Source: a virus (lineage: Duplodnaviria; Caudoviricetes). From it: a stretch of DNA of 29,417 nucleotides. The notes under the pieces are model-generated. The model saw nothing but the letters and a program-made list of their open reading frames with translations, was not told the origin of the DNA and did no database searches. Every line of letters starts with the position of its first letter. Position 1 is the first letter of the stretch. The stretch covers positions 1 through 29,417 of the IMG/VR virus record IMGVR_UViG_3300029319_000333, one strand, 5' to 3'. The position numbers and the translations under genes were made by a program. Shown piece by piece: positions 1 to 10,255 of the stretch.

Positions 1-771
1 AATGTTTCTTGCGCCAAGCTTTCCTTGAGCCCTAAGCTGCTCTCGTTCGCGCAGCCCGCGCATGTAGCCAGCAGGCAAGCCCTGAGCAAATCGTCCGCCA
101 GAACCAAGCACGTCAAGAATGCCAACACCAATATCAACAAAGAACTTGCCAACTGGGTTCCTGGCTTCAGATGGTGCCTTCCTTGTTCCTGGCGGCTTGC
201 GCTGCAAGGTGTCCATTCTCTCCTGCATCTCAATGCGCATCTCTTCTGGAATCTTTGGATCTTCAAGCAGAAGGTCGCCAGGCCTCTCTGTAAAATGTGG
301 CAGGATGTCTTCAGGCACGTCGCCGTCTAAAAGCATTTGCCTTTTTACCTGTCCTGCCGTCAGCTTATAGCCGCGCCCATCAGCAAGCGATTTGCGCTGC
401 TCCTCATTCAGCCTAACGTCCTCAGGCTTAATCATGGCGCCTTGCTTGATGGCCTTTCTCAAGCGAATTCGTTCGTCCGTGTCAATTAGGTTTCGCTTGG
501 CTTTGCCCTGAGAGTACGCTTGCTCCGCTCTTCGCTGAACCCAGGCCCTGTCGGTAATGCTGCTTTGGTTAGCTTCCCTGATTGCAAGGCCCACGCTTTT
601 TTTCCAAAGCTCATCGTCATCGAAAACGCTCTTGGCGTAGTCAATCTCCATAGCTTTGCGCTCAGCCACGGGCTCGTAGAGAAACTTCTCCGCCTCCTCT
701 TTCCTAAGGCGTTGTCGGTATTCAACCGGCTCATAGAATTCTATGAGATCTTCAAGCCTGTTTGTGCTCAT
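1..771 (-). CDS. Large internal virion/ejection protein, N-terminal 257 aa (runs off the window; absent from the ORF track)
   Basis: ATG at 771 overlaps the upstream TAA (TAATG). Read by hand as open to base 1 (MSTNRLEDLIEFYEPVEYRQRLRKEEAEK...FFVDIGVGILDVLGSGGRFAQG). Function inferred from position after the small ejection proteins. Confidence 0.75.
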   Translation of the reverse strand, partial: MSTNRLEDLIEFYEPVEYRQRLRKEEAEKFLYEPVAERKAMEIDYAKSVFDDDELWKKSVGLAIREANQSSITDRAWVQRRAEQAYSQGKAKRNLIDTDERIRLRKAIKQGAMIKPEDVRLNEEQRKSLADGRGYKLTAGQVKRQMLLDGDVPEDILPHFTERPGDLLLEDPKIPEEMRIEMQERMDTLQRKPPGTRKAPSEARNPVGKFFVDIGVGILDVLGSGGRFAQGLPAGYMRGLREREQLRAQGKLGARNI

Positions 772-1559
772 TACGGTTTAGTGAAGTCCTCTACTTGAAA
801 AGTTTTGGTTTCAGATGGCTCTTTACCCGGCTCTCCGCGCAGCAAGCCTGCGGTCCCTGACAGGTCAGGAATAAGCGCTGCTATGTCCGGTCCAATTGAC
901 TGAATAAGTCTTCTCTCCTCCTCAATTAGCTGAGGCAACTGGCCTCTGGTTCTAGACATAGGCTGCTGTGCGTCTTTAATTCTTTGCCGGGTTATCCTTA
1001 GAAGCTGCATGGCTGTTTGAACTTGTTGGCTTGGCTTAAGGGCTTGCGCTGTAACCTCAGCGCCTTGCAGTCTTAAGTCTTGGCCCCGCCTGGTAAGCGC
1101 CTGGCTTTGGTCAAACCTGTCTTGACGACTTTGCTCAACGTCTCTTTTGCGCTGCTGCTCTATTGCAAACTGATTAGCAAGGCGATTCTCTTTGTCCTGT
1201 CTTTGCTTGGCCTTGATAAATTCTTGCAGTGCCTCCTGCTGCTTGTCTTGGCGCCCAACCATTCCCTTCATGCGTCCAGACTTGTAGGTCTGCGTAAGGC
1301 GAGGATCTGTCGGAAGCTTTTCCTCTTGACCAAGCAACGCGCCGTACTCAGCTTGCAAAGCAACCGTGTCCTTGTATCGGTTGAACTCGTTTTGTTTTTG
1401 CTGCTCGCGGAAAGCCTGCTCCTTTAAAGCCATGCCTTGAGCAGCAAGCATCTGACCTTGCTCTCGCTCCCGCCTTGCCAGTGCCCGATCAACCTGCGTT
1501 GGTTGGTTCAAGGCCTGACGAGCCCGGTGCAACAAGTACATATCGCCTAAACTTGCCAT
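771..1559 (-). CDS. Putative internal virion (ejection) protein, Q/R/E-rich coiled coil
   Basis: 262-aa ORF tightly packed in the late operon; helical composition; position downstream of the tail nozzle. Confidence 0.65.
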   Translation of the reverse strand: MASLGDMYLLHRARQALNQPTQVDRALARREREQGQMLAAQGMALKEQAFREQQKQNEFNRYKDTVALQAEYGALLGQEEKLPTDPRLTQTYKSGRMKGMVGRQDKQQEALQEFIKAKQRQDKENRLANQFAIEQQRKRDVEQSRQDRFDQSQALTRRGQDLRLQGAEVTAQALKPSQQVQTAMQLLRITRQRIKDAQQPMSRTRGQLPQLIEEERRLIQSIGPDIAALIPDLSGTAGLLRGEPGKEPSETKTFQVEDFTKP

Positions 1560-1560
1560 G

Positions 1561-2193
1561 CTACCGCCCCATCAGTTCCATGTTGCGACGCCTCCGCTCC
1601 ATTAGGGACTGGGCTTCGCGGTTTTGCAGTTGTCTGTCCAGCAGGTTTAACTGGTCAGCGCCTGTAGAAAACGGCTCACGAAGACTAAACCCCTCGTCGT
1701 AAGACCTTCCGCTTGCTGTTGGCTGAGCTGTTTGGCCGGGAACGCCTACCGCTCTTGCTGCCCTGGTTGCGGGGTCTTCGGTCAACGGGTCTGCTCCTTG
1801 AGCCCCTCTTCCAATTCCCATGGCAGCGCCCGTAGCCATTCGAGGATCAAGGTATTCAAACTGCGCCCCTATATCAAAAGGATTGCCGCCAGAGGCAAGC
1901 GCCTTGCCACCACCAAGCAGCGTTCCTAAACCAGCACCAAGAAACGGCATGCCGAAGGTAGAGCCGACAGCAGTGCCAAGAAGAGTCCAGTTAAGCCAGT
2001 TAGAGTTCCTTCTCTCTAGCTCGTTTTTTTTCTCAATCTCGGACTTACGAATATCTCTTTCCATTTGCCGCCGAACATCGTCCGTATAAGCACTGCGCGC
2101 TCTTACAGCACCGCGAAGCTGGCCAAGGCTGTCCTTCCTTGCCTGTTGCGCTTGCGCCATCCTTTGCGCCGGGTCATCGTACTGGTAAGCCAT
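1561..2193 (-). CDS. Putative ejection protein with glycine-zipper hydrophobic segment
   Basis: 210 aa; LLGTAVGSTFGMPFLGAGLGTLLGGG; AGGAG RBS. Confidence 0.7.
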   Translation of the reverse strand: MAYQYDDPAQRMAQAQQARKDSLGQLRGAVRARSAYTDDVRRQMERDIRKSEIEKKNELERRNSNWLNWTLLGTAVGSTFGMPFLGAGLGTLLGGGKALASGGNPFDIGAQFEYLDPRMATGAAMGIGRGAQGADPLTEDPATRAARAVGVPGQTAQPTASGRSYDEGFSLREPFSTGADQLNLLDRQLQNREAQSLMERRRRNMELMGR

Positions 2194-2202
2194 GCCGGTC
2201 TC

Positions 2203-3624
2203 CTAGTTGTAATTGATGTAGCCTTTTTCAATCATAAAGTCTTCAAGCGCTGTTGGCCCCGGGTAGGCACCGTTGTTTTCGTGTAGGTAGCGACTAAAGA
2301 ACTGTTTGATTTCTTCTACCTTGTTCATGTTGCCGCCGAAGCGATAATTGCCGGGACTGCCGGACATGAAGTTACTTTCGCCAACCCATTCGTCATCAAG
2401 GCCAACAGCGTTCATCATGCGCTCAATCGCGCCAGTCATTTCCGCTGTGCTTACCTCGTAATCGTGGTTTGCATATTTGGTTCTAAAGTCTCCGCCGACG
2501 CTGTAGGTTTCAGCGTTGCCAGCAATCTCAGGCGCGCTGCCCCCGCCCGACTCTGACCGCGCACGGTCCACAACGTCAACAGCCTCGCTAAACTTGCCCT
2601 CGTCCATTAGCTCTCGATACTCTTCTGGTAGATCGATGCCCATGCGTACGGCCTCAAGCTCAATTTGATTTGCCTGCTCTTGTGCCGACATCTCTCGACC
2701 AAACTTTCTATTGATGTCGCGCTCTTTTAGCTCAAGCTGACGATCCAGCCACGACAGCTGCATGTTCCTGGTTCTTTCGCGTGCAGTAATTTGAGCCTCT
2801 GCTCTTTCGCGGGCTCCAAGGGTGGCGGTTGTAGCAATGCCGCCCATTAAGCCGCCGCCAACAGCCCCACCCATTGCCGCGTTAATTTCAGCCTGCCGCC
2901 TCTGAGCCCGAGCAATGTCTGCATCAATGCCCTGAAGAGCCGCTTCCTCATCAGCCTTAGCCTCTGCAATCAGCGCCTCATACTGGGCGCGCTCATCGGC
3001 ATACGGGTCTCCGCCCGCTGCCGCACCCTGTTCTCCCATGCCACCAGCGCCACCAAGCTGCGGACCCTCTCCTGGAAGCTTCGGCACCCCTGGAGGCTGT
3101 CCTCCCGGCAATGGGCCAGGAGCAGGCATCTGCAATGGTGGCGGAACTTGCTGCATCCCACCAGCCAGGCCAGGGCCGGGCTGACCGGGCATGACCTGCG
3201 TCTCGCTGCCACCAGGAAGCTGCTGTGTAAACACGGAGCTTTGGGGGCTTGGGCCGGCTGCCATTGGTGCGCCGCCAGGAGAACCTGCTGGCACCTGCAT
3301 TGGAGGCATTGCTCCCTGAGGAATCTGCTCGCCAAACCCAGCAAATCCGCTGCCACTCATTGGCCGAAAGCCACCTCCGACCTCAGACGGCAGCTGCATT
3401 TGTTGCTGCATTGGCGCCTCTTGCTGCGGTGGTGGCGATGGCGCGCGTGGTCTTTGCCTTTGCTGGCTTCCTGATGGAAACCCCGCTACCTGCATAGAGG
3501 GCACACCGGGAAGCTCTGGGCTCATTCCCTGCCCTGAGCCTTCTCTTGACTGGCGAGCCCTTTCGTCAATGCGACGAAGGTTTTGCTGGCGTGCGCCATT
3601 CTGCCGGTTGTTCATTTGTCGCAT
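2203..3624 (-). CDS. Putative ejection protein; P/Q/G-rich disordered N-half, glycine zipper and coiled coil
   Basis: 473 aa; AMGGAVGGGLMGGIA segment; operon position. Confidence 0.65.
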   Translation of the reverse strand: MRQMNNRQNGARQQNLRRIDERARQSREGSGQGMSPELPGVPSMQVAGFPSGSQQRQRPRAPSPPPQQEAPMQQQMQLPSEVGGGFRPMSGSGFAGFGEQIPQGAMPPMQVPAGSPGGAPMAAGPSPQSSVFTQQLPGGSETQVMPGQPGPGLAGGMQQVPPPLQMPAPGPLPGGQPPGVPKLPGEGPQLGGAGGMGEQGAAAGGDPYADERAQYEALIAEAKADEEAALQGIDADIARAQRRQAEINAAMGGAVGGGLMGGIATTATLGARERAEAQITARERTRNMQLSWLDRQLELKERDINRKFGREMSAQEQANQIELEAVRMGIDLPEEYRELMDEGKFSEAVDVVDRARSESGGGSAPEIAGNAETYSVGGDFRTKYANHDYEVSTAEMTGAIERMMNAVGLDDEWVGESNFMSGSPGNYRFGGNMNKVEEIKQFFSRYLHENNGAYPGPTALEDFMIEKGYINYN

Positions 3625-3633
3625 GTTTTACCC

Positions 3634-4212
3634 CTAAGCCTGCAAGTCTCGTTCAAGAAGCAAAGTTACCCCAACAAACCCAGCGGCGTTAAGCACGCCC
3701 GTGCCCGTAGTCGCCCCTTGCCGTAAAACCAACACTCGGTTCTGGCTGCTGTGGTAAGCAACAGCCGTTGCATCAAGCGTTGCCTGGCCAGAGTTGCCGC
3801 TCCCGTCTGCGCTAACAGTCAGAGACTCTTCGTCGATTAAAACCGTAACGTCAGTTAGAGTTCCTGAATTATAATACGCCAGTGCTACGTCAATTGTTCC
3901 AGCGGCAGAGCCCGTGTCCGAGATGAACCATGCAGCTGTTTTTAGCGTCCAGTCGTTTTGCGTAGATGACAGACCAGGGAGAGGAGCTATGGCAATGACG
4001 GAGCCGGCGCTACCCCAGGTGTAAGCGGTGTTGTCGAGCACGATAGTCACGTACTCCTTGGACGCCGCAAGCTTGCTAATTGCAATGCCTGCTGAGGCCT
4101 TGATGTCGGTATTGTCGATTGCACCAAACTTGTTAGCAATGGACGTAAAGTTGCCCTCAAGCTCTGACTTTGTGATCGTGCTTGAAAGCGATGTCGTTAA
4201 GGTCAAAGACAT
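3634..4212 (-). CDS. Virion structural protein (tail appendage-like, beta-rich)
   Basis: 192 aa, S/T/A/G-rich; IKASAGIAISKLA resembles fibre N-terminal segments; AGGAG RBS. Confidence 0.6.
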   Translation of the reverse strand: MSLTLTTSLSSTITKSELEGNFTSIANKFGAIDNTDIKASAGIAISKLAASKEYVTIVLDNTAYTWGSAGSVIAIAPLPGLSSTQNDWTLKTAAWFISDTGSAAGTIDVALAYYNSGTLTDVTVLIDEESLTVSADGSGNSGQATLDATAVAYHSSQNRVLVLRQGATTGTGVLNAAGFVGVTLLLERDLQA

Positions 4213-4221
4213 GGGTTTCTC

Positions 4222-4875
4222 CTATGAAATTTCTGCGCCGAGCTTTGACAGGTAAATTACCCACGGCACATTAACCTCGTACTCTTTGCTAAACTGGCTC
4301 AAGGGTATTTTAGCAGGCATTGGGCTTAGTGCGCTAGTGAAGGCGGCTGCGTCATAGAAGGCCGGGATAAGCCTGTTCGCAGAGTTTTCTACGCACGCAA
4401 CGCCGACCTGATGGCCCACGTTAATGCCCAAGTAGTACACGCTGCCAACCCTTAGGGTCGCTGGGTTTTCTAGGGTTTTCTCAATAACACCTGTTGCCCC
4501 AGCAGTTACCCGCACCTCTGTACCCGACACAACCCTAAAGGCCCGCTGCCCGTGCTCTCTGTCGTATCGGTATATCGCAAACCGGATTAACCTCGTTGCC
4601 CCTGGCGCAGAGGTAATTCTAACCCTGGCTTTCGCTACCTCAACGCCGCGCACTAGCTGCGGAAAAGTAAACAGGTACAAGCCAAACTTGTTAAACGTTG
4701 ATGCTGAGCCATCGGATGTTAGGGCAGTAACGTCTGCGCCGTATGGGTCAACGGTCGATACGTACCATCCATCGTTGACAGGTATTTCGCGCACCCGCGC
4801 ATTGCGGCTTTCAATCTGATTGACGTAGGCATCCGGGCCTCGGCGCTCGCCCCTGCCGTGTGGGATCTGCACCAT
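4222..4875 (-). CDS. Hypothetical virion protein (beta-sandwich-like)
   Basis: 217-aa ORF immediately after the nozzle gene. Confidence 0.65.
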   Translation of the reverse strand: MVQIPHGRGERRGPDAYVNQIESRNARVREIPVNDGWYVSTVDPYGADVTALTSDGSASTFNKFGLYLFTFPQLVRGVEVAKARVRITSAPGATRLIRFAIYRYDREHGQRAFRVVSGTEVRVTAGATGVIEKTLENPATLRVGSVYYLGINVGHQVGVACVENSANRLIPAFYDAAAFTSALSPMPAKIPLSQFSKEYEVNVPWVIYLSKLGAEIS

Positions 4876-4877
4876 GG

Positions 4878-6944
4878 CTATCTCCTGCCGCCGGGATTGT
4901 AGCCAACATCAACGCCCGCAATTGTCATGGGCGTATTCTTCGCGTCGTGAGATATTTTGACTTGGAAAAAGTCAGCTTGCTTTCTAAACGACAAGCGCCG
5001 GGCAAGCCTTCTGTCCTGCACGTACTTGTCAGTGCCCGACACGGCTGTTCCGTAAACGGCGTCGCTGGCTGTTGTCATGGAGATGGTGCCCGAGGACTCA
5101 CTGTTTTCGTCGTCGTTGTGTCGCAACGCAACAGACAGCGATGACGATTGATTGTCCCCAAGAATCTCAACCTGTCTAACCGTGGTTTTTACGTTTGAGT
5201 TTTGTCCAATGCGTTGCGTTAGTATGTTGCTGCTAATTGCAGCGCCGTGGTCATTGTTGCCAACGCCAAACTCAAAGACCTGCGAATGTTGATTGATAAA
5301 GTACAGGCGAAGATTGTCATACGCGTCTTCATCCGCTAACCAAAACTTGGCCGCTACATCCCAAATCCAAAACGCGTTGTTCTTGTAGTCGTAGACAATT
5401 GTCCGGTTGTTGTCGAAAGATCCATCGACCGCCACAGAGAGAAGATAGCAGCCCTGTGTTTTCCAGTTTACCGAAGCTGCCACGTGCCTTCTTGACGGGT
5501 TGATAGACCTAATAGTGTCGCCAATTCTGTCTGACAGCTTAATAATGTTTGGCGTTCCGTCGAACCGATAAATACCGTCTTCCGCCAAAAATATAAGAGC
5601 GCCTTTAACCCGCTGAATGCTGGCGTTGCTCACGCATCCAACGCCAGCTACAACTCTGATTGGGATAAAGTTATCGACACCAGTTGCTTGGTTTTCTCCA
5701 GCCGCAACCATTGTCCAAATTGAATCACCCTTAAAGATAACGACACTTTCGCCAAGAGCAGCCATTCCCGTAATGGGACTGTTGTCGTCCTCCATGATTG
5801 GAGCAAAGGCCAAAGACGTCCACACCTTATGATACGGAGCAGCCGCAGACCAGCGCACGGTAAATGGCTCATCCTCCATACCAGCACACCAAAGCCTGCC
5901 GTTGTAGAAAATGTTAAACCTAGCCTTTGGCCACTCCTCAAGGAGCACAACAAAATCCCTGTCATAGGGCGCGTCTTCGCCGACCGCAAAGTCAGCATCC
6001 TCGACAACTGCTAGGTCTGCGTCAACAGCGGTGCTTAAGTCCTTTGAAGAGGTAAACCTCATAACCACACCAGCATAGGCAACAAAGGCTTCGTCAAACT
6101 GAGGAACAACTGCAATGTTGGCTAGGTCGTCCTCAACAACGCGAGCAATGTATCCAGAGACGCTAAAGTCTTCTAAATCCAGCGTTGAGCCCAGTACAGC
6201 CCTAGCTCCAGCCGCCGGGTTGGTAAGATAGAAATAACGTTTCTTTGTTTTAAACTGTGCGACAAACAATCCGCGAGTAACGTCAAACTCTGGGCTTACA
6301 ATTTGATTGGTTGCGTCGGCATTGTTTATCTCGACCTCAGAATCAAGCGCGTTGTCTTGAATGGTGAATCGCAAGTAAAAGGCCGTTTTGTTGTTAATTG
6401 TTGATGACGCCCAGTCACCAGGGGCAACAAAAGAAAACGTAAACGAGCTTGCATCACCAAGGTGCTTGGACACTTTTGACGTGGAGATGCGCTCCGAAAC
6501 GCGCAGGTACTTGTACTCTGTGCCGTTCCAATACTCTGCTTTAAACCAGGTGTTGTTGGAGTTTGACCTGCCGCTTACAAAGGCGCCCTTATACCCAAGA
6601 AGCTGATCCCTATCGTTACTTGTTCCTAGGCTGGATATCTCCTCGAATCCAATAAACCAATGGCTACCGACACCTAGGCTGTCGAGAGTAAGCACCTCCC
6701 CCTCAGTGGCACTTGTGTATGTACCACTGACGAGCTTGTGCATTTCTTGTGATTGGGTGGTGATAGAGTCACCGGCTACTGTCATAGAGTCAAAGCCAAC
6801 AAACCCTGGTCTCTGCTCAACAGCGCCGTTTGGCGCCCACACGTTTAGGGCGTCAGCGCACTCGTCCGGATCGGCTAGGTCGGTCTGCTCGTTGATACCT
6901 TTATTGCACCGAAGAACAAGGTGCCTGTAGTTTTGCCGACCCAT
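4878..6944 (-). CDS. Tail nozzle / tail tubular protein B (P22 gp10 / T7 gp12-like beta-propeller)
   Basis: 688 aa; N-terminal GIN...L.DPDEC.DA.NV...NGAVEQRPGF; YNGRLW..G; ITGMAALGESVVIFKGDSIW; GVGCVSNASI; LIFLAEDGIYRFDG. Confidence 0.85.
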   Translation of the reverse strand: MGRQNYRHLVLRCNKGINEQTDLADPDECADALNVWAPNGAVEQRPGFVGFDSMTVAGDSITTQSQEMHKLVSGTYTSATEGEVLTLDSLGVGSHWFIGFEEISSLGTSNDRDQLLGYKGAFVSGRSNSNNTWFKAEYWNGTEYKYLRVSERISTSKVSKHLGDASSFTFSFVAPGDWASSTINNKTAFYLRFTIQDNALDSEVEINNADATNQIVSPEFDVTRGLFVAQFKTKKRYFYLTNPAAGARAVLGSTLDLEDFSVSGYIARVVEDDLANIAVVPQFDEAFVAYAGVVMRFTSSKDLSTAVDADLAVVEDADFAVGEDAPYDRDFVVLLEEWPKARFNIFYNGRLWCAGMEDEPFTVRWSAAAPYHKVWTSLAFAPIMEDDNSPITGMAALGESVVIFKGDSIWTMVAAGENQATGVDNFIPIRVVAGVGCVSNASIQRVKGALIFLAEDGIYRFDGTPNIIKLSDRIGDTIRSINPSRRHVAASVNWKTQGCYLLSVAVDGSFDNNRTIVYDYKNNAFWIWDVAAKFWLADEDAYDNLRLYFINQHSQVFEFGVGNNDHGAAISSNILTQRIGQNSNVKTTVRQVEILGDNQSSSLSVALRHNDDENSESSGTISMTTASDAVYGTAVSGTDKYVQDRRLARRLSFRKQADFFQVKISHDAKNTPMTIAGVDVGYNPGGRR

Positions 6945-6956
6945 CTTGGCTCCATG

Positions 6957-7865
6957 TTACGCTTCCGGTTGCACGTCTTTACTTTTGCTACGACGCCTTG
7001 CCTTCGTAAGCTGCTTTTCTACCTGGTCTACCACGTCACCTTCGACCTGTACCTCTTGTTGCACAGTGCCCCTAATAAACTCGTTGAAGTCTCGACGCGA
7101 TGGCACGGGGTATTGAGGGTCTGCAAGTCGAAAGAACAAGCGCTTCATGATCAAGTTCTTCTCTTCCTCAACGTGGACCTTAATCTCTTCAGGCTTGCGA
7201 TGGTTTCTCTTTTTTGCGTCACGGGTAACCTGCTCTTCGCTTCGACCGTTTTCCGCCTCTGGGTCCATAAGCTTCAGGTAAGCCCGCAGGTCATCTAGCG
7301 ACCAGTCGTCAATTGTGCTTGGCCGGGGCTCAAAGTCTGAAGGGGCGCGAGACTTGATAGCGGCTCCTCGGCAATGAGGCTCCGACACCGCGTCTCGGTT
7401 TAACAGCCAGCGAGCCTCATGTGCTGGCAAAGCGCGACGCTTGTACGGAGGTATTCTGATAACTTTTTTGCCAAGGTTAAGAGCCTCAAGGGCACCGTCT
7501 TTTGCCGTGTATTCTTGCATTCCAAGATCACACTTAAGCTGTATTGGTCTTGGCTTTTTGTTGGGATTGTCCACCTCGGTAAGCTGCCATTGCTTGTTAA
7601 CAAAAAGCTTGGCCAGCGCAATGTCTGAAGAGTCTGGATTGCCTGTCATGTTTGCAACCCACACAACGCTGGATGAGGCTTCTTCGTACACTCCGCCGAT
7701 GTCATCCTGCACAACGCTTACCAGCGGTGCTCGAACCTCAAGGAACTTGTCGGCGACAGGCTTAACGTAGTCGCCTTCCTCATGCGGCCCAATGATAATT
7801 TGCTTGCCCTCAAACACAATGTTTTGAGCAATCCCCGTATTGTTGCGTAGTTTAACTAAAGCCAT
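6957..7865 (-). CDS. Hypothetical phage protein
   Basis: 302-aa ORF with RBS; IDDWSLDDLRAYLK may be a small helix-extension-helix motif. Confidence 0.75.
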   Translation of the reverse strand: MALVKLRNNTGIAQNIVFEGKQIIIGPHEEGDYVKPVADKFLEVRAPLVSVVQDDIGGVYEEASSSVVWVANMTGNPDSSDIALAKLFVNKQWQLTEVDNPNKKPRPIQLKCDLGMQEYTAKDGALEALNLGKKVIRIPPYKRRALPAHEARWLLNRDAVSEPHCRGAAIKSRAPSDFEPRPSTIDDWSLDDLRAYLKLMDPEAENGRSEEQVTRDAKKRNHRKPEEIKVHVEEEKNLIMKRLFFRLADPQYPVPSRRDFNEFIRGTVQQEVQVEGDVVDQVEKQLTKARRRSKSKDVQPEA

Positions 7866-7875
7866 CTCAATCCCC

Positions 7876-8523
7876 TTAGTAAATAAAATCAGCTGAGTCT
7901 GGGTAGGATGACCGGATGCTTGTCACATCAGAGTGCGGTCTGCCTCGACTCATGTCCTTGTACAAATCCATGCGCAACTCTTCCCGCTCGTTTAACCATG
8001 CGGGTGGCGCCATTTCATCAGCTCTTGTTTTTAGGTCAATCGCCGCTGAGTAGAAAATAAGCTCGTGATGGTCTGGAGGCAAAAGCTCTGGAACATCGTC
8101 GTCGTTGTTCATCTTCTCTGGCTCAGGGTAAAACTCAAAGCGAAGGGTCTTGTCCTCGTTTGGCCCGGTTTGCCCCCACTGAAGGGTTACCCTGTTTTTC
8201 CAAAACACATCGCCAAGAAAACCTCGCTCGTCAAAAACAATTGCCGTACCAGGGTCTGTGGCGCTTACGTCTGTTACCTTGCACAGCTGTGCGTGCTTTA
8301 AGCCGTTAGGCAGCTCAATGGTAATAGTGTTTGCGCTCCAGGTAATATCAAGCGTGGTCGTAAAGTAACGACGTATGCCTTCCTGTCTGGCCTTGCGGTA
8401 CTCGCGAGCGTAGGACCTGTTAACAGCCTTTTTAATCTGCAAAGCAGAAAAGTCCTGGTCTGCCTGCAAGCTGTTAAAATTAATCAGCTCCGACACTTCG
8501 TCCTGTAGCTCTTTAAAGTTCAT
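7876..8523 (-). CDS. Head-tail adaptor / tail tubular protein A-like
   Basis: 215 aa; MNFKELQDEVSELIN...IKKAVNRS and DDVPELLPPDHHELIFYSAA pattern typical of podovirus adaptors; lies between capsid and nozzle. Confidence 0.75.
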   Translation of the reverse strand: MNFKELQDEVSELINFNSLQADQDFSALQIKKAVNRSYAREYRKARQEGIRRYFTTTLDITWSANTITIELPNGLKHAQLCKVTDVSATDPGTAIVFDERGFLGDVFWKNRVTLQWGQTGPNEDKTLRFEFYPEPEKMNNDDDVPELLPPDHHELIFYSAAIDLKTRADEMAPPAWLNEREELRMDLYKDMSRGRPHSDVTSIRSSYPDSADFIY

Positions 8524-9158
8524 GACTTCACCGGAGGAAGCTCAAAGGCATCCTCAAGCTTTCCACGAGCCTCGACCTGGCGCTCAAGTTTTTCAAGCTC
8601 TGGCTTTGCGTGCTTGTTCGCCATAACCACTGTTGCTGCATCGGTCTTGTTTGCGTCTCGCACAAGGTCACCCGCAACTGTATGACCGACGTCGTCAACA
8701 GCCCTGGCAAACGACTTTCCCTTTTCCCGTGCGGACTCTCTCATGCGGCGCTCAATGGAAGTCATCCAGCGCTCAATGGAGCTTAGAAACTTGCCGTTTA
8801 AAACGTCGCGAGTTGTTAGCCCGTAATCCTCGTCAAGTGTCGCCACAAATACAGGGACTCTAAACGCCGGATCCCAGTCACGAGAACACCCACCATTCTT
8901 GTTGTAGATAGGCCCGCGCTCTACTTTACGAGTGCGAACCTCGCCGTCTTCGCCCTGATACGACTCAGAGTTCCACAGCATTCTATACGTAGTGAGGTCG
9001 TCAGACTTGCCTGTATCGCTAATATGGTAGAGCTGAACCAGGGCGAATGACCCTGGATTCAACTCACCATCGTAGCTTTTATCTTTACCCGCCCACGCCA
9101 AGCGCAACTGCGGGTGAAGATCGTGCAGCCTGCGACACACCCAAGAAGGTGCATGCAT
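8520..9158 (-). CDS. Hypothetical phage protein
   Basis: 212 aa; stop overlaps the next start (ATGA). Confidence 0.75.
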   Translation of the reverse strand: MHAPSWVCRRLHDLHPQLRLAWAGKDKSYDGELNPGSFALVQLYHISDTGKSDDLTTYRMLWNSESYQGEDGEVRTRKVERGPIYNKNGGCSRDWDPAFRVPVFVATLDEDYGLTTRDVLNGKFLSSIERWMTSIERRMRESAREKGKSFARAVDDVGHTVAGDLVRDANKTDAATVVMANKHAKPELEKLERQVEARGKLEDAFELPPVKS

Positions 9159-9160
9159 GC

Positions 9161-9487
9161 TCAGTCTCCGCTAATTCCGCCACCAGCCGCATCAGCAAAA
9201 TCAACATAAACATCTACCACAGCGCCGGTAATATCACCGCCCTGAGGAACAAGAAAGCGCAAGCTCACTGTGTTTGCTGACGTGCTTGAAGCTTCCCAAG
9301 ACATAGAAACAGGGTCTTGAGATGTTGGCTGAGTTGTAACGTTGTGCGTTACATATTTTGGCGTAGCACCGCTTGGACCACCATGGGCAAGGGCCGTAAG
9401 GGCGCCCGCCGTAATAGTGTTAAGCGTAATCTTGGTTTGGGTTCTGTCGCCCCAACCAGTGTTTTCTGTACTTGCAATAGTCGCCAT
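9161..9487 (-). CDS. Small virion structural protein
   Basis: 108 aa, T/S/G-rich; AGGAG RBS. Confidence 0.65.
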   Translation of the reverse strand: MATIASTENTGWGDRTQTKITLNTITAGALTALAHGGPSGATPKYVTHNVTTQPTSQDPVSMSWEASSTSANTVSLRFLVPQGGDITGAVVDVYVDFADAAGGGISGD

Positions 9488-9498
9488 AACCTATCTCC

Positions 9499-10245
9499 TT
9501 ACTGGTGGCCCGCAAAAAACGACACGAGTACCGGCGGGGTGTCTGAACTGGTTGCAGCCTTGGTGAAGGCCATAAACGGAATTACAACATCACCGTCGTC
9601 AAACGTCAGAGTGTTGGTGTTGGTTGTTGGGGCCACACCGTCAATCTGAAAAGTAGCAACACCAGACGCACTAACCAGAACGCTAAGCGTTTTAGTTGCG
9701 TCATCTGCAAAATCGTCATCAGTGTCTGTCGCTGTACCAGTGCCGCTGTTGAGACGAGTACACGTATTAATGTTGCCAAGGTTTACGTTTAGAGCCGCAA
9801 TGTCTGTGTAGTCAGTGATAATTTCACCATCAGCCTCAAGCGCGGCTGTGTATGCCTCTTGCTTACGGAAACCAACACATGCAACGTCGTAGTCGGACAC
9901 GTCTGGAATCTTTACCTTCATGTCAACGCGAAACGCAGCATCAGTCCCAATTGTGTAGCAGGGTCCGGTACTATTGAGACTGTCAGAGACTAGGATCTCA
10001 ACACCCTCGTTAGCAGTGTTATCATTAGGGATAACCAGGCCAACGCCAGCTGATTTAACAGGAACGATGTCACTGTTTGCCGCAGTGGCCGAGCATTCTA
10101 GCTGAGCACCGTTTGCAAACATCCACTGGTTTACGTTGTTGTCTGAACCTGCGGCAGCACCCGTTCCACCTGACGCAAGCATAAGCTGCGTAGCTGGCTC
10201 TGGGCCGCCGAGAAAGTCTACATAGCACTTCTTCTGAATAGCCAT
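9499..10245 (-). CDS. Virion structural protein (capsid decoration or lectin-like beta fold)
   Basis: Start re-called to ATG 10245 (MAIQKK) after AGGAGAA RBS; 248 aa, D/T/N/A-rich. Confidence 0.65.
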   Translation of the reverse strand: MAIQKKCYVDFLGGPEPATQLMLASGGTGAAAGSDNNVNQWMFANGAQLECSATAANSDIVPVKSAGVGLVIPNDNTANEGVEILVSDSLNSTGPCYTIGTDAAFRVDMKVKIPDVSDYDVACVGFRKQEAYTAALEADGEIITDYTDIAALNVNLGNINTCTRLNSGTGTATDTDDDFADDATKTLSVLVSASGVATFQIDGVAPTTNTNTLTFDDGDVVIPFMAFTKAATSSDTPPVLVSFFAGHQ

Positions 10246-10255
10246 TTTAATTCTC